DNA of 64,000 nt. Source: Hypanus sabinus. Taxonomy: Eukaryota. The first letter of the stretch is position 1. Every line of letters begins with the position of its first letter. Under the pieces are notes generated by a model. It ran no database searches. It was not told the DNA's origin and was given only the letters and a program-made list of their open reading frames with translations. This document shows positions 23,518 to 36,364 of the stretch, piece by piece. Where the stretch lies: NCBI RefSeq assembly GCF_030144855.1, contig NC_082723.1, forward strand, positions 63,240,001 through 63,304,000, in the 5' to 3' direction. The position numbers and the translations under genes were made by a program.

Positions 23518-26485
23518 ATAGTCACAGAGAAGTATAGAACAGATCAGGCCCTTCAACCCATTTAGTGCATGCCAAAGCAAATGAACTGCCATCGACCTAC
23601 AACGGGACCATAGCCCTCCATATCCCTACCATCCATATACCCATCCAAACTTCTCCTAAACATTGAAATTGAGCTTGCATGCACCACTTGTGCTGTCAGC
23701 TCACTCCACACTCCTCAAAGCCCTGAGTGAAGAAGTTTCCCTTCATGTTTTCCATAACCTTTTCACCTTTCACCCTTAACTCATGACCCACCCAACCTCT
23801 GTGGGAAAATCCTGCTTGCATTTACCCAATCCATACTCCTCCATTTTCTATACCTCTATCAAATCTCCTCTCAATCTTCTATATTTCAAGGAATGCATTA
23901 CTAACCTATTCAATCTTTCCTTATAACTCAGGTCCTCCAAACCTGGCAATATCCTTGTAAATTTTCTCTGTACTCTTTCGACCTTATTTACATCTTTCCT
24001 ATAGGTAGGTGACCAAAACTCCACTTGTTACCTCAAAATAGGACTCATCATCTTATACAACTTCAACATAACAATGGAACCCCCATCTCCTGAACTTAAT
24101 ACTTTGATTTATGAACCCCAATATGCCTAAAGCTATCTACCTGTGATGCCACTTTCAACGAATTATGGACCTGTATTCCCAGATCCCTTTGTTCTGCCAC
24201 ACTTCTCAGTGTCCCACCAGTCACTGTGTGAGACCCACCCTGGTTGGTCCTCCCGAAGTGTAACACCTCACACCAGCTTACATAAAATTCCATCTGCCAC
24301 TTTTCAGCCCATTTTTCCTGCTGTTGCAGATCCTTCTGCAAGCCACGATAGAGTTCCTCGCTGTCCACTACACCCCCAATCTTGGTGTCATCCACAAATT
24401 TGCTGATCCAGTTAACTACATTATCATCCAGATCATTGATACAGATGACAAACAACAAAGGACACCACTACCATCAGAGAGGGAATCATCTACTGCTACT
24501 CTCAGGCTTCTCCCACAAAGCCAATGTCTAATCTAATTTACTACCTCATCTTGAATGCCAAGCGATTAAACCTTCTTGACTAACTTCCCATGTGGGACCA
24601 TATAGACAACATCCACAGCCATACCATCAAATTTCCTGGTAATTTCCTCAAAAAACTCCTTTAGATTGGTTAGATAGGACCTACCATGTACAATGCAACG
24701 TGGACCATCCTTAATCAGTCCAAGTCCATCCAAATACTTATACTGTATATCCAGGCCCTCAGAATACCTTCCAATAACTTCCCACTACTGATGTCAAGCT
24801 CACTGCCCTGTAATTTCCTATTTATTTTTAGAGCCTTTCTTGGACAGCAGAACAACACTGGCTATCCTCCAATCCCCTGGTACCTCACCTGTTGCTACGG
24901 ATGATTTAAATATCTGCTTTCCACAGGGTCCAAGGGAATATCTCATCACCCTAAAGACAGTAAACACCTCCTCCTCTGTAATCTGTAAAGGGTTCATGAA
25001 GTTGAGGCTGCTTTGTCTCACTTCTGTAGACTCCATGTCTGTCTCCTGAGCAAATACAGATGCAAGTTAAGATCTCCCCCATCTCTATTGGCTCTACACA
25101 ATGAATACCATTCTCATCTTCCAGAAGACCAATTTTGTCCCTTGCAATTCTTTTGCTCTTAACATTTCTGTAGAATCCCTTGGGATTGTCCTCCACTTTG
25201 TCTGCTAGGGCAACCTCATGCCTTCTTTTAGCCTTCCTGATTTATTTCTTAAGTGTTCTCTTGCATTTCTTTTTTTTTAAACTTTTTTTTAATTGTATTT
25301 CAAGTGGTTACAAAATAAAAGTATGGGAAAATATATTACCCATCCCCCTCCCCTTAACCCTTCCCCCTAGCATCCCTATAGAAGAAAAAAGAGAAAGAAA
25401 GAAAGAAAAAAAAAGAAAGAAAGAGTGCCTGGATATTGGAAGATCCCCACATGCTCCATGGAGTTCGTAATAACTTTAGTATATATATTTATTTCTTTCC
25501 CCAAATAACCAATTATTTCATCTTCAGAGCACTTATATATTTAATCCTGTCTTTTGTAAATAAGGGCGCCAATTTCTTATACTGCATTAGCACCCCATTT
25601 GCTGCTATCTGCATATACCTGCTATGCACCTCCTTTTTTCTTAACCAAGGCCTCAATATCTCTTGAAACCAAGGTTCCTACACCTGTTATCTTTACCTTT
25701 TATTCTAACAGGTACATATCAGCTCTCTACTCTCAAAATTTCACTTTGAAGGCCTCCCCAGCTACCAAGTACACTTTTGCCAGAAAGCAGCCTGTCCCAA
25801 TACATTATTGCCAGATCCTTTCTGATACTGTCAAAATTGTTCCTTCTCCTATTTAGAATCTCAGCCCGCAGACCAGACCAATCTTTTTGCATATTTACTT
25901 TGAAATTAATGGCATTACAATCACTAGATGCAGAGTGTCCCCCCACACAAACATCTGTCACCTGCCGTTTCATTTCTGAATATCAAATCAACTACAGCAT
26001 ACTCTTGCTGGGACTTCTACATATTGATTCAGGAAACTTTCTTGAAAATATTTGCCAAACTCTATTCAATCTAGTCCTTTTACAGTATGGGAGCCCCAAT
26101 CAATATGCGGAAAGTTAAAATCACCTACTGTAACAACATCGTTTCTTTCAACAGTCTGCAATCTCCTCAGATTTGTTCCCTTGGGCCATTGCATGGACTG
26201 TAATATAGAACCATTAACATGGTCACATCTTTCTTATTTCTCAGTTCCACCCATAATGCCTCACTGGACGAGTTCTCTACTCGGTCCTGATGGAGCACTG
26301 CCATATTTTCCCTGACTAGTAATGACACCCATCCTCCTTTAATCCCTCCCACTCTGTCACGACTAAAACAACAAACCTTGGAATATTGAGCTACCAGTCC
26401 TACCCTTCCTGCAACCAAGTCTCAGTAATGACTACAGTATCATAATTTTAGGTGTTGATCCATGCTCTGAGCTCATCCGCCTTTC
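23518..26485 (-). mobile_element. CR1 LINE ORF2 to 3' end, degenerate
   Basis: INDLDDNVVNWISKFVDDTKIGG; 9-bp TSD TCTTGATAC at 23509-23517 and 26486-26494. Confidence 0.88.
25272..25571 (-). mobile_element. L1-like LINE 3' end inserted in CR1
   Basis: T-rich (antisense poly-A) left end; flanking duplication ATTTCTT; the CR1 sequence rejoins across it. Confidence 0.65.
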
Positions 26486-28239
26486 TCTTGATACTTGGCA
26501 ACAATGACATATGTAGGAAAGGTAAGGAGATCCTGATAGAGATTTTAGGGAGCTACGTAGGAAGCTGAAAAGCAGGACCTCCAGGGTAGTAATCTGTGGA
26601 TTGCTCCCCATGCCACGCACCAGTGAGGATAAGAACAGGATAATTTGGTAGATGAATGTGTGGCTGAGGAACTGGTGCAGAGGACAGGGCATCAGATTTC
26701 TGGATGATCGGTATCTCTTCTGGTAACAGTATGACCTGTACAAAAGGGACAGATTACACCTGAACCTGAGGACCACCAACATCTTTGCGGGCAGGTTTAC
26801 TAGAGTTGATCAGGAGGGTTTAAACTAATTTGGCAGGGGGTGAAAACTGGAGTGATAACACTGAGGATGGGGTTTACAAACAGTGGTAATGTGTAGTGAG
26901 ACTGCTAGCAAGGAGGTGGTGATGTTAGGCAAAATTGCACTGAACAGGATGAGTTGCAATGTAAAGGGAAGGTAAAATGAAAAGGGTGATGAAGGAATTA
27001 TAGTTGAATGCAGTATATGGAAAAACGTGGATGATCTTGTAGCACAGTTACAGATAGACATGTATGGCATCACTGAATCAAGGCTGAGAGAAAATTATAG
27101 CTGGGAGCTTATCATCCAAGAATACACAATATATCAAAAGGATAGGCAGGTAGGCAGAGGGTGGGGAGGCTCCATTGGTAAAACAAAATCAAATCATTCC
27201 AAAGAGGTGACATAGGATCGGAAAATGAAGAATTATTGTGGGTGGAGCTAAGAAACTGCAAAGGTAAAAAGACCCTGATGAGACTGTATACAAACCTCCG
27301 AACAATAGTAAAGATGTGCTCTACAAATTACAACAGGAGATAGAAAATGCGTGCCAAAAGGGCAATGCTACAATAGTCATGGAGGATTTCGATACACAGG
27401 TAGACTGGGAAATTCGGGTTGGTGCTGGACCCCAAGAGGGGGAATTTATAGAATGCCCGCAAGTTGGCTTTTTAGAGCTGCTCATGGTTGAGCCTATTAG
27501 GGGATCAGTTATTCTTGATTGGGTATTGTGCAATGAACCAGAATTGATTAGCGAGCTTAAGATAAAGGAACCCTTAGGGGATCAGTGATCATAATGTGAT
27601 AAAGTTCACCCTACAATTTGAGAAGACGAAGCTAAAGTCAGATGTATCAGTATTACAGTAGAGTAAAGGGAATTGCAGAGGTATGCGAGAGAAGCTAGCC
27701 AAAATTCATTGGAAGGGAACACTAAGCTGCAAAGGTTGGAATTTCTGGAAGCAATTCGAAAGGTTCAAGGGTTCAATTTTCTATCGGAGAATGTATACAA
27801 CATTCAATCTAAAAGTCTTACTCTTCGTAGTCACCCATGAAACAGAACCAAAAAACCCAAAAGAATGAATGACAGAAAATGTCAGAACCCCCCCCAAGAC
27901 CCCCTCCCCGCACACACAGCAGCAAAAGTATCAACCCTCCCCCCTTGCTCCAGCAAAAGCATCAACCCCCCCACCACCACTACCCACCATGCAAGTATTA
28001 GCAAAGCCCCCAGAGACCATGATCTATAGTCCATCAAAATCTACTGTCCATCCCAACACTTCGACATCTCTTTCTCTCATCAGCAAAGGAGAAAATAGCA
28101 CTCCTGCAACAACGAGAGGGGAGACCAATAGCTCAGTTTCTATATTACAATCGAAAAGCCAAAATATTCTAAAGGCAGGATGACGCAACCGTGGCTGACA
28201 AAAGATGTCAAAGCCAATATTAAAATCAAAGAGAAGGTA

Positions 28240-28628
28240 TACAAGGAGTGATTGATAAGTTCGTGGCCTAAGGTAGGAGACAATTTTAGAAAACCTAGCA
28301 CATTTATTTTTCAACATAGTCCCCTCCTACATTTACATACTTAGTCCAGCAGTCGTGGAGCATACAGATCCCTTCTTTGTAGAAGTCGGCATCTTGGACC
28401 TCCAGAAGAGGGCCGCAACAGGGGTGATTGATAAGTTTGTGGCCTAAGGTAGAAGGAGATGAGTTATTAACTTCAAACTTTCTGCATAATCACCCAAAGA
28501 GTTGAACTGCACGTGCATGTAACGAGAGCTGTATAACTCATCTCCTTCTACCTTAGGCCATTAACTTATCAATCACCCCTGCTGTGGACCACTTCTGGAG
28601 GTCCAAGACGCCGGCTTCTACGAAGAAG
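28240..28628. mobile_element. Rearranged mariner derivative with internal fold-back
   Basis: TIR-like TACAAGGAGTGATTGATAAGTT; minus-strand DFYKEGICMLHDCWTKYVNVGGDYVEK* (mariner transposase C-terminus); 96-bp inverted arms. Confidence 0.85.
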
Positions 28629-29419
28629 AAGTGGAAGTGGTGGCTGTGGGTCCAATTTCAACATCTAAGAGGAATTTAGATAGGTATATAGATAGGAGGG
28701 GTATGGACCAGGTGTGGTTCAATGGGATTAAGCAGATGAAGAGTTGGTTTTCTTTGCTGTAGTGTTCTACAACTATGACTCTACATCTGGTGTTGAAAAG
28801 ATGCTGGAATATCTAATCAAGGAAAAAAGAGCTAAATGTAGCAACCAAAGCAAAATGGTTTTATAAAACACAAAAAAATTGACAAATGTGCTGGGGTTCT
28901 TCAAGGATGTAGCAAGCAGTGTCTATGAAGGAGAACATGGAGATGAACCGTACTTGGATTTCCAGATAGCAGTGCTCCTCTAACAAATACATAGCATTAA
29001 AGACAGATGCATAAGTAACGATCATACAGCACTTCAGAAAGCATACCAATGCGGACTCAAGAATGGTCATCACAGACAGAAGCTCAGCCCCACCAGATCT
29101 CCAAACCATTTCTCTACATCTCATTCATCTCAGAACAATAACCCCCTACTTATCCACCATACTCCAACCCCTCTGGTTACTCCCAACTACACACCACAGA
29201 CTCCACAACTTGTCCCCCCCCCTCACAAATTCACTGCACCACAAAACATCTCAGGGCCACAGATACTGCCCCTCACATAGGAGTGCTTAATGAGGCAACG
29301 GGAGCTGTACATTGCCTCCTCCATATCCTGGGGGCATTTGAAGGGAGTGTGAAGAAGGAGACGGTCGGAATTTCTGTCATAGCATGGCTCTGGCTGACAC
29401 ACACTGTTAAATTGGCTGG

Positions 29420-29425
29420 TTTATT
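29420..29425 (-). terminator. Probable FIS1 polyadenylation signal (AATAAA)
   Basis: TTTATT on the plus strand, about 240 nt past the FIS1 stop, within AT-rich UTR-like sequence. Confidence 0.6.
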
Positions 29426-29662
29426 CAGTTTACAAAGTTGTTATTTATAACATTTACACCAGTGTTTTCCCGAAAGGATAACTGAACAATTGTTCCAAGA
29501 ACAGTCACTGATACAGTATTAGAAAGTAATTAAATATTTTACATTAAACAATGTTCAGTGTAAAGCATTGATACAGAAAAACTTCAGTCAAGCCAAGAGT
29601 CAGTGTTATAGAGAGGATCATTAAATTAAAGGAAGCACTTGCAGCATCTTCAGGCACATAGG

Positions 29663-29760
29663 TCAGGATTTGCCCTTGCTCACGGCCAGTCCGATCAGTC
29701 CCGCCATTCCGGCCAGTCCCACGATTGCACCCCCAACGATCGCCATGCCAAGCAGGCCAT
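29663..29760 (-). CDS. FIS1: FIS1 exon 5 (transmembrane tail anchor and stop)
   Basis: ttctttgcag acceptor; (D)GLLGMAIVGGAIVGLAGMAGLIGLAVSKGKS*; 98 nt. Confidence 0.97.
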
Positions 29761-30499
29761 CTGCAAAGAACAGCGGAAAGGTCAGGATGGTGAGCAACAC
29801 GGAGGAAGAGCTATTGAGTGGAGAGGCACAGAAAGGTCAGGGTGATGAGCGGCACTCCGGCCAGTGGCCAGAGGGGAGGCTCCTGAGCTCAGTCCTGCGG
29901 AAGTTAGAGGGATCTCGTTCTATCCCTTTCCTGTTTGTGAGTTAGCAGCCAGACCACAGAATGCAATGCCTTTCACTACAGGGTTCCCAAACAACAATGT
30001 GGGCCACTCATTCCATTGCCACTTTCTAAAATAAAGCTGCATAGTAACTGGTTCTTCAGTATTTCATTTCATGTATTTCATGGTGCTGAATCACTTGGTA
30101 ACATTTATTTGATTGTACAACTTAAACTTGAGAATTTAAGCCCAATGGTGTCACAAAACATCCAAGTTAGGTAAAGCGGTGTTTCTACAGCAAACTGCAT
30201 ACAGTTGCCATTTCCTAAAATAAAACAATGTAGGAACTTAAGCTATTATGTATTTCATGGAGCTGAATTGTTTGGTAGCATTCATTTGATTGTGTAACTG
30301 AACCCTGAGAAGTTAAGCAAAACTTCTTCCAAACTGGTTAAATCCTCCCTTTGCTGAGGAACTTGTGTAAGATGTTCATTTATTGTCAGGCTCATGTAAT
30401 GGAGAGATAAAATAAGACAACATGAAACAGTCTCCTCACCAAGGCTGCATCAAACACAGGTTTAAACTAATCCCATTTTATCCTCCCCACAGTTCTTTC

Positions 30500-30720
30500 A
30501 ACTCCTCCCACATTTTCCCCTCACCTGCAAACTAGGGGCAATTTATAGCAGCCAGTAAACCCACAATCTGCACTTCCGTTGGGACGCGGAAGGGAACTGC
30601 AGCACCTGGAGAAATGCACTTGATCACAGCAAGAACGTTCAAACTCCACACAGAAACACTGGAGGTCAGGGCTGAACCAGGATCTCTAACTTTACCAGCT
30701 GCATTACTGTCCTGTCCCAT
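30500..30720 (-). mobile_element. V-SINE-like element
   Basis: Reverse complement of the V-domain core and a tRNA-like head. Confidence 0.55.
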
Positions 30721-31039
30721 TGTTCTCAGAGGTTACAGGAGCACTGCTCTTTCTGAAGCACATTAAGAACATGGTTTTGAAGTTTATACATGGTACTACA
30801 TATTGCTGTCAGAGAGCAGAATGTGCAGTGGGTCCACCTATGGGAGATTGCTTTCGATACAATAGTGGGAGAGAGATGATAAAGTCATAAATGTACAATT
30901 TTTTTTTAAGTGGTAAGAAGGCCTGAGGACATTTATTAGAGAAGATTTGTTCACATTCAACACCAGATTCAGCAGACTTCAGACAAACTATACTCAAGGA
31001 ATAAAGTACAACATGGTGAGTATGATACAGTACATTATT

Positions 31040-31310
31040 GAGATATAGAGTTGTACTGGTTAGTACAACACTGTACAGTACCAGCACTCGGGTTCAATTT
31101 CTATCACCATCTGTAAAGACTTTGTACGTTCTCCACGTGACTGTGTGGTTTTCCTCCGGGAGCTCCAGTTTCCTCCCACAGTCCAAAGATGTACAGTACT
31201 GGCTGGTGGACTAATTGGTCATTGTAAATTGTCCTGTGATTAGGCTAAGGTTAAAATCGGGGGTTGCTAGTCAGCACAGCTGTATCTCAATGAATAAATA
31301 AATAAATACA
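31040..31310 (+). mobile_element. V-SINE (HE1-like) with (AAAT)n tail
   Basis: B-box-like GGGTTCAATTTC; GTTTTCCTCCGGGAGCTCCAGTTTCCTCCCACAGTCCAAAGA core. Confidence 0.75.
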
Positions 31311-31754
31311 GAATAGACAGGAACTAGAGCAGAAGGAAATGGAAGGGTGCAGAAAAGAAATAGCTTTGGTGAAAAGGATAAAATCATAAGAAAAGGCAAG
31401 ATAGTAGAGGAGACACAAGAGATTGCAGACGGCAGTAGAGATGTGAAACTAGAATTAGCAAAGGATCATGGGTCAACTGGGCACTGACCTTACCGCTGGA
31501 TAAATACTTCCTGTCATTTTTAAGTGTTTATGCTTAAAATAGAGCATTCAACAAAAACTAAGGAGAATTAACAGGGTATTATAACTTCTACTTAGTTAGG
31601 AATAAACAGAGCAGCTCATGCCTGAGAGGCTGTGAGTTAGAGAGTGTACACAATACACACCAGATGGAACCAGATGTCCAAAGAAACTGTAACACCAGTC
31701 AGATCAAGTCAAGCAGCAGCTGGATTTATTACCAGCACTATGGTGTAACCTCCA

Positions 31755-32155
31755 AGAGGACCACAATGCTTGTCATTGCGTGCCTCAGTGACCCAAACAG
31801 CTATGTTGGCTGGAGTCAGCGCTTTCTCCTTTGGCTTTTGGTAGGGTCACCCGTGCCAATTTGGTCAGCAGGTAGAGGTCAGTCTAAGAGTGGTCCACCA
31901 GTTCTCCAGGTTCAGGGGTTCAGCTCAGGGCTAGCAACCCTGACCGGTAAAACAAAACTGTTATGGAGACAGCAATGAAGAATCCTTCAACATCTGAGTG
32001 TGACGGTATTCCTGAGTCTCCACCTGGGACTTGCATGACTGACAGTAGTGAAAACCGAGCTACTAACACGATGAAGGAAGCCCTGAACACTGCCGGAGAT
32101 GGAGGACCTTCAATGCTGCCTGAAAGGCCGTGGCATAACAGGCAGTAGAGACTAA
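31755..32155 (+). mobile_element. Non-autonomous RTE-derived element (5' UTR joined to 3' end)
   Basis: RTE-like 5' UTR motifs TTGCGTGCCTCAGTGACCC..AGCTATG..GGGTCACCC..GGGCTAGCAACCC; only about 400 bp, no RT. Confidence 0.6.
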
Positions 32156-33864
32156 GGTGTGAACTTCTGTCATGTATCAATTAGACTATGACGAGTTCAG
32201 AGTAATGCTCAAAAGAGAAAATCATTAAACAGTTACTAGGCTTCTAGCTTGGGCAAGGCCTTTCATTTGATAAGACAGACTGTGGATACACAGAGCACTG
32301 GGTGAAACAAAAACAGGTTCAAGAGGTTAAATAGGTCTCTGCTCAATGGGTACACATACAACAATCAAGCCTTTATAATCCTAGACTTCATTATCAATCA
32401 AAAATAAGGTTCAACGCTGGAGCTACGTAAAGGACAAGTCTGCCCTCAGCTGGAGGATTGTGTGCAATGCTTAAAATACTGAACAGATTTATAGTAAAAG
32501 GACTTGGCAGAGACTTATTAGCTCTCCCCATATGCAGATGGGATAGAAAAATAGATTATTCTGGCCAAAATGACCAGCAGTAATTTGACTGAGCTGTTTC
32601 AAGGGTTTAAACACTGCAAAGAATGAGAAATTTTCTAATGCTCATGTCTGTACAAAGTTTACAGTCTCAGGATATCTAAACGCACTCTGGAGTGCGAGTG
32701 ACTAACAGTTTTAAGTACCAGCAAGCTCTCAAGGCCAGCAAACATTGTTGAGATCAAATAATCAGCTGAATCTTCTGCCCTATAACCACCCACTATTTGA
32801 TCACGTTTCCCAGTAAGTACTGGTGAGGTTTAAGCAACACCTATCTACTTGCACCACAATCTCATACAGCAATTCCAATAGGCAGGAATACATGAAGCTG
32901 CAGAGTAGGGGACTCTGCCGAATAAACCATAGGCACATCCCTCCCCACCATCAGGAGGAACCTCAAGAAGGCAATATCTAACAAAGGCCCACATCTTTTG
33001 GGCCAGGCAGAAGGTACAGAAGTCTGAAGTCTCACGTCACCAGCTTCAAGATCAGCTACTTCCCTTCAACCATTCGGTTCTTAAATCTACCTGCAAAAAC
33101 CTACTAACTAATTTAGTACAACTAGATTATGACCACTTTGCACAACAACGGATATTTTGTCCTAATTCCATTCTTGCTTGTAACAATTGTTTATAAATAC
33201 TGGGAGAAGGCAGGAGAATGGGATAACGAATCAGCCTTAATGGAATGGCATACTACATGCCACTGTAAGTTTTCATTGCACTTGTATATATGACAATAAA
33301 CAACTTTGATTCTCGAGTTTTGGTCACGATCTCTGAAATACTCCCTCACTGACACCTGCCGGGCTACATTTCCAAAATTTAGGTCCAGTATCTCCCCTTC
33401 TCCAGGATCATCTACATATTGGATGTATGATAAAAACTTCAAACCTCTGAGCCTTTCACATTTCAAGACTCAGTGCTCAGGACTCTGAAGTCCCCACTAC
33501 CTGAACCAGACCATAGAACACAGGCAGAATCAGGCCATTCAGCCCATCAAGTTCGCCACTCCATCACGGATGATTTATTATCCCTCTTATGACACTCTTC
33601 TGCTCCCCCACCCCCCACAACCTTTAACACCCTTACTAATCAAGAACCTATCAACCTCCACTTTAAACCTACTCAATGATTTGGCCTCCACACCTGCCCA
33701 TGGCAATGAATTCCAGACACACCACCCTTTGGCTAAAGAAATCCATTCTCATCTATATGCTAAATGGACATCCCTCTATTCTGAGGCTATTCTGATCCTA
33801 GACTCACCCACTATAAAAAACGTCCTCTCCACATCCACTAGCTAGGCCTTTCAATATTCAAAGT

Positions 33865-35790
33865 AACACTAAGAAAAAGTTGGAGGAACTTAGCAGGTCA
33901 GGCAGCTTCTATGGAAATAAATAAACAGTCGACATTTCAGGCCAAGACCCTTCTTCAGGACGGAAATAAGATGGGGAAGATGCCAGAATAAAAAGGTGAG
34001 GGGAAGGAAAGGAGGCTAGCTAGTATGTGATAGGTGAAGCCAAGTGGGTGGGAAAGGTAAAGCGCTAGAGAAGGAGGAATCTGATTGGACAAGAGAGTGG
34101 ACCACAGGAGAGGAATCCGGGCGGATGTGATTGGCAGGTGAGAAGGGGTAAGAGGCAAGAGTGGGGAAAAGAAGAGGAGGGGAGGGGGGATATTTACCAG
34201 AAGGAGAAATCAACATTCATGCCATCAGGTTGGAGGCTACCTGGAGGAATACAAGCTGAGGCTGGCCTCATCTTGGCACAAAAGGAAGCCTTGGATCAAC
34301 AAGTCAGAATAGAAATAGGAATTAAAATGTTTGGCCACTGGGAATTTCTGTTATTGGTGGATGGAGTGGAGGTGCTCAACGAGTCTCACCAATGCAGAGG
34401 AGGCTGCATCGGGAGCACTGGACACAATAGACAACCCCAGAAGATTTGCCTCACCTGGAAAGACTGTTTTGGGCCCCAGGTGGAGGTGAGAGAGGAAGTG
34501 AATGGGCAGGAGTAACACTTGCTCCACTTGCAGGGAAAAGTGCCAAGAGGGAGGGAGGACAAATGGACAAGGGATACAAGAGAATCACAGAGGGAGATAT
34601 CCCTGCAGAAACAGGGGCAGGGGTAAAGATGTGTTTAGCGATAGGATCTTCTGGAGATAGCAGAAGTTGCAGAGGATAATGTTTTGGATGCAGAGGCTCA
34701 TGGGGTTGTAGGAAAGGACCAGAGGAACTCCATAACTGTTAAGTCGGCAGGAAGATGGGGTGAGTGCAAATATTCGGGAAATAGAGGAGATGTAGGTGAG
34801 GGCCGCATCCATAATGGATGAAGGGAAACCCCACTCTTTGAAGGAGGATGTTTCAGAAAGGAAGGTCGCTTCCTGGGAACAGATAAAGCGGAGGTAAAGG
34901 AACTGAAAAAAGGAACAGCATTTTTACAGGAGACAGGGAGGGAAGAGGTACAGTCAAGATAACCATGGGAATTGGTAGGTTTATAAAATAAGTCAGTTGA
35001 CAGCTTGTCCCCAGAGATGGAGACAGATCGAGAAAGGGGAGGGAGGTGTCCGAAATGGACCAGGTGAATTTAAGGGCAGGGTGGAAGTTGGAGGCAAAGT
35101 TGATGAAATTGACAAGCTAATCCTGGGTCCAATGGAGTCTTCAACACAGCAGAGGAAGAGTTGAAGAATATTACCAGGGAAGGCTTTGAACATGGACTGT
35201 CTATGTAACCAACAACAAAATCAGGCATAGCTGGGGCCCATGGCTACCTCTCAAGTCTGGAGATAGTGGGACAAGCCAAAGGAAAAATTGTTGAGGGTGA
35301 GGACCAGTTCAGCCGATGGAAGAGGGTTGTGGTAGAAGGTAATTGGTTGGTTCTTTTGTTGAGACAAAAGTGGATAGAAGCATAAAGGGACTGAACATCC
35401 ATGATGAAAATGAGGCAGTCAACACCAGGGAATTATAAGTTACTGAGGAGATGGAGAGCATGAGGTGCTGCAGATGTAGGTGACGAGGGCCTGAATCAAG
35501 GTACAAGGACATGAGTTCAGTGGGACAGGAGCCAGCAGAGACAACAGGCCTACTCGGACAGTTGGGTTTATGGATCTTGGGTAGGAGGTAGAAGCGGGCA
35601 GTGCGGGGTAAGGGAACTATGAATTTGGTGGCAGTGGATAGGAGTTCTCCGGAGTTGATGAGGGCAGTGATGGTGTCGGAGACAGTTTTCTGATGGTCCG
35701 GAAAGAGGTCCTCTTCGAAAGTAGATGCGAGGAGGTATCTGAGAGTTGCTGCCCAGCCTCAGCAAAGTCGAGGTCAGTGTGGCACTCTGA
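33865..35790 (-). mobile_element. Penelope-like retroelement (RT and GIY-YIG remnants, terminal repeat with hammerhead motif)
   Basis: Minus-strand VAMGPSYA (RT) and PVAKHFNS (GIY-YIG region); terminal CTGAAGA..GAAA motif. Confidence 0.8.
33926..33963 (-). ncRNA. Minimal type I hammerhead ribozyme motif (degenerate)
   Basis: CCGTC-CTGAAGA-AGGG-TCTTGG-CCT-GAAA-T-GTC-GACTG. Confidence 0.7.
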
Positions 35791-36039
35791 CCGCTATTCA
35801 ACAGGTTTCAATGAGACCCTCCCCCACCCCCCATTCTTCTAAACTCCAATGAGCACAGGCCCAGAGCCATCAAATGCTCCTCATATGTTAAATCTTTCAC
35901 TCCTTCATTTCTGGAATCATTCTCAGGAACCTTCTCTGATATACTTTCAACTTCAACATGTGACTCTTTCAACATTCAGTAGGTTACAATGAGATCTTCC
36001 CTCATTCTTCTAAATTCCCAGTGAGTAGGGTGACATTTG

Positions 36040-36362
36040 CAATGCCTTTTCTCACTGTTACCATCAGGAAGGAGGTACAGAAGCCTGAAGGCACACACTC
36101 AGCGATTCAGGAACAGCTTCTTCCCCTCTGCCATCCAATTCCTAAATGGACATTGAACCAGTGAACACTAGCTCACATTTTTAATATATATTATTTCGGG
36201 GGGGGGGGGGGGGGTTGCATTATTTTTCATCTATTCAATATACACATACTGTAATTGATATACTTATTTTTTTCTTTTTCTAGATTATGTATTGCATTGA
36301 ACTGCTGCTGCTAAATTAACAAATTTCACATCACATGCTGGTGATAATAAACCTGATTCTGA
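36040..36362 (+). mobile_element. Rex1/Babar 3' end
   Basis: FSLLPSGRRYRSLKAHTQRFRNSFFPSAIQFLN; tail AATAAACCTGATTCTGA. Confidence 0.8.
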
Positions 36363-36364
36363 AT

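Larger units (their letters stand above)
23330..28235 (+). mobile_element. CR1 LINE (ORF1 esterase region and ORF2 endonuclease), split by an antisense CR1
   Basis: EVIEDSTVRGTELRFCGCDRDTQMVSCCSGARVRDVSD (ORF1) resumes at about 26495; ORF2 GITESRL..LDWVLCNEPELISEL. Confidence 0.8.

Noticed and set aside
1-29400. CLDN15 or ZNHIT1 exons expected from human synteny
   Set aside because: I found no claudin or zf-HIT coding motifs by eye or in the ORF track; short exons could have been missed.
29639-29945. Plus-strand ORFs (e.g. MPLLTASPISPAIPAS..)
   Set aside because: Antisense of FIS1 exon 5.
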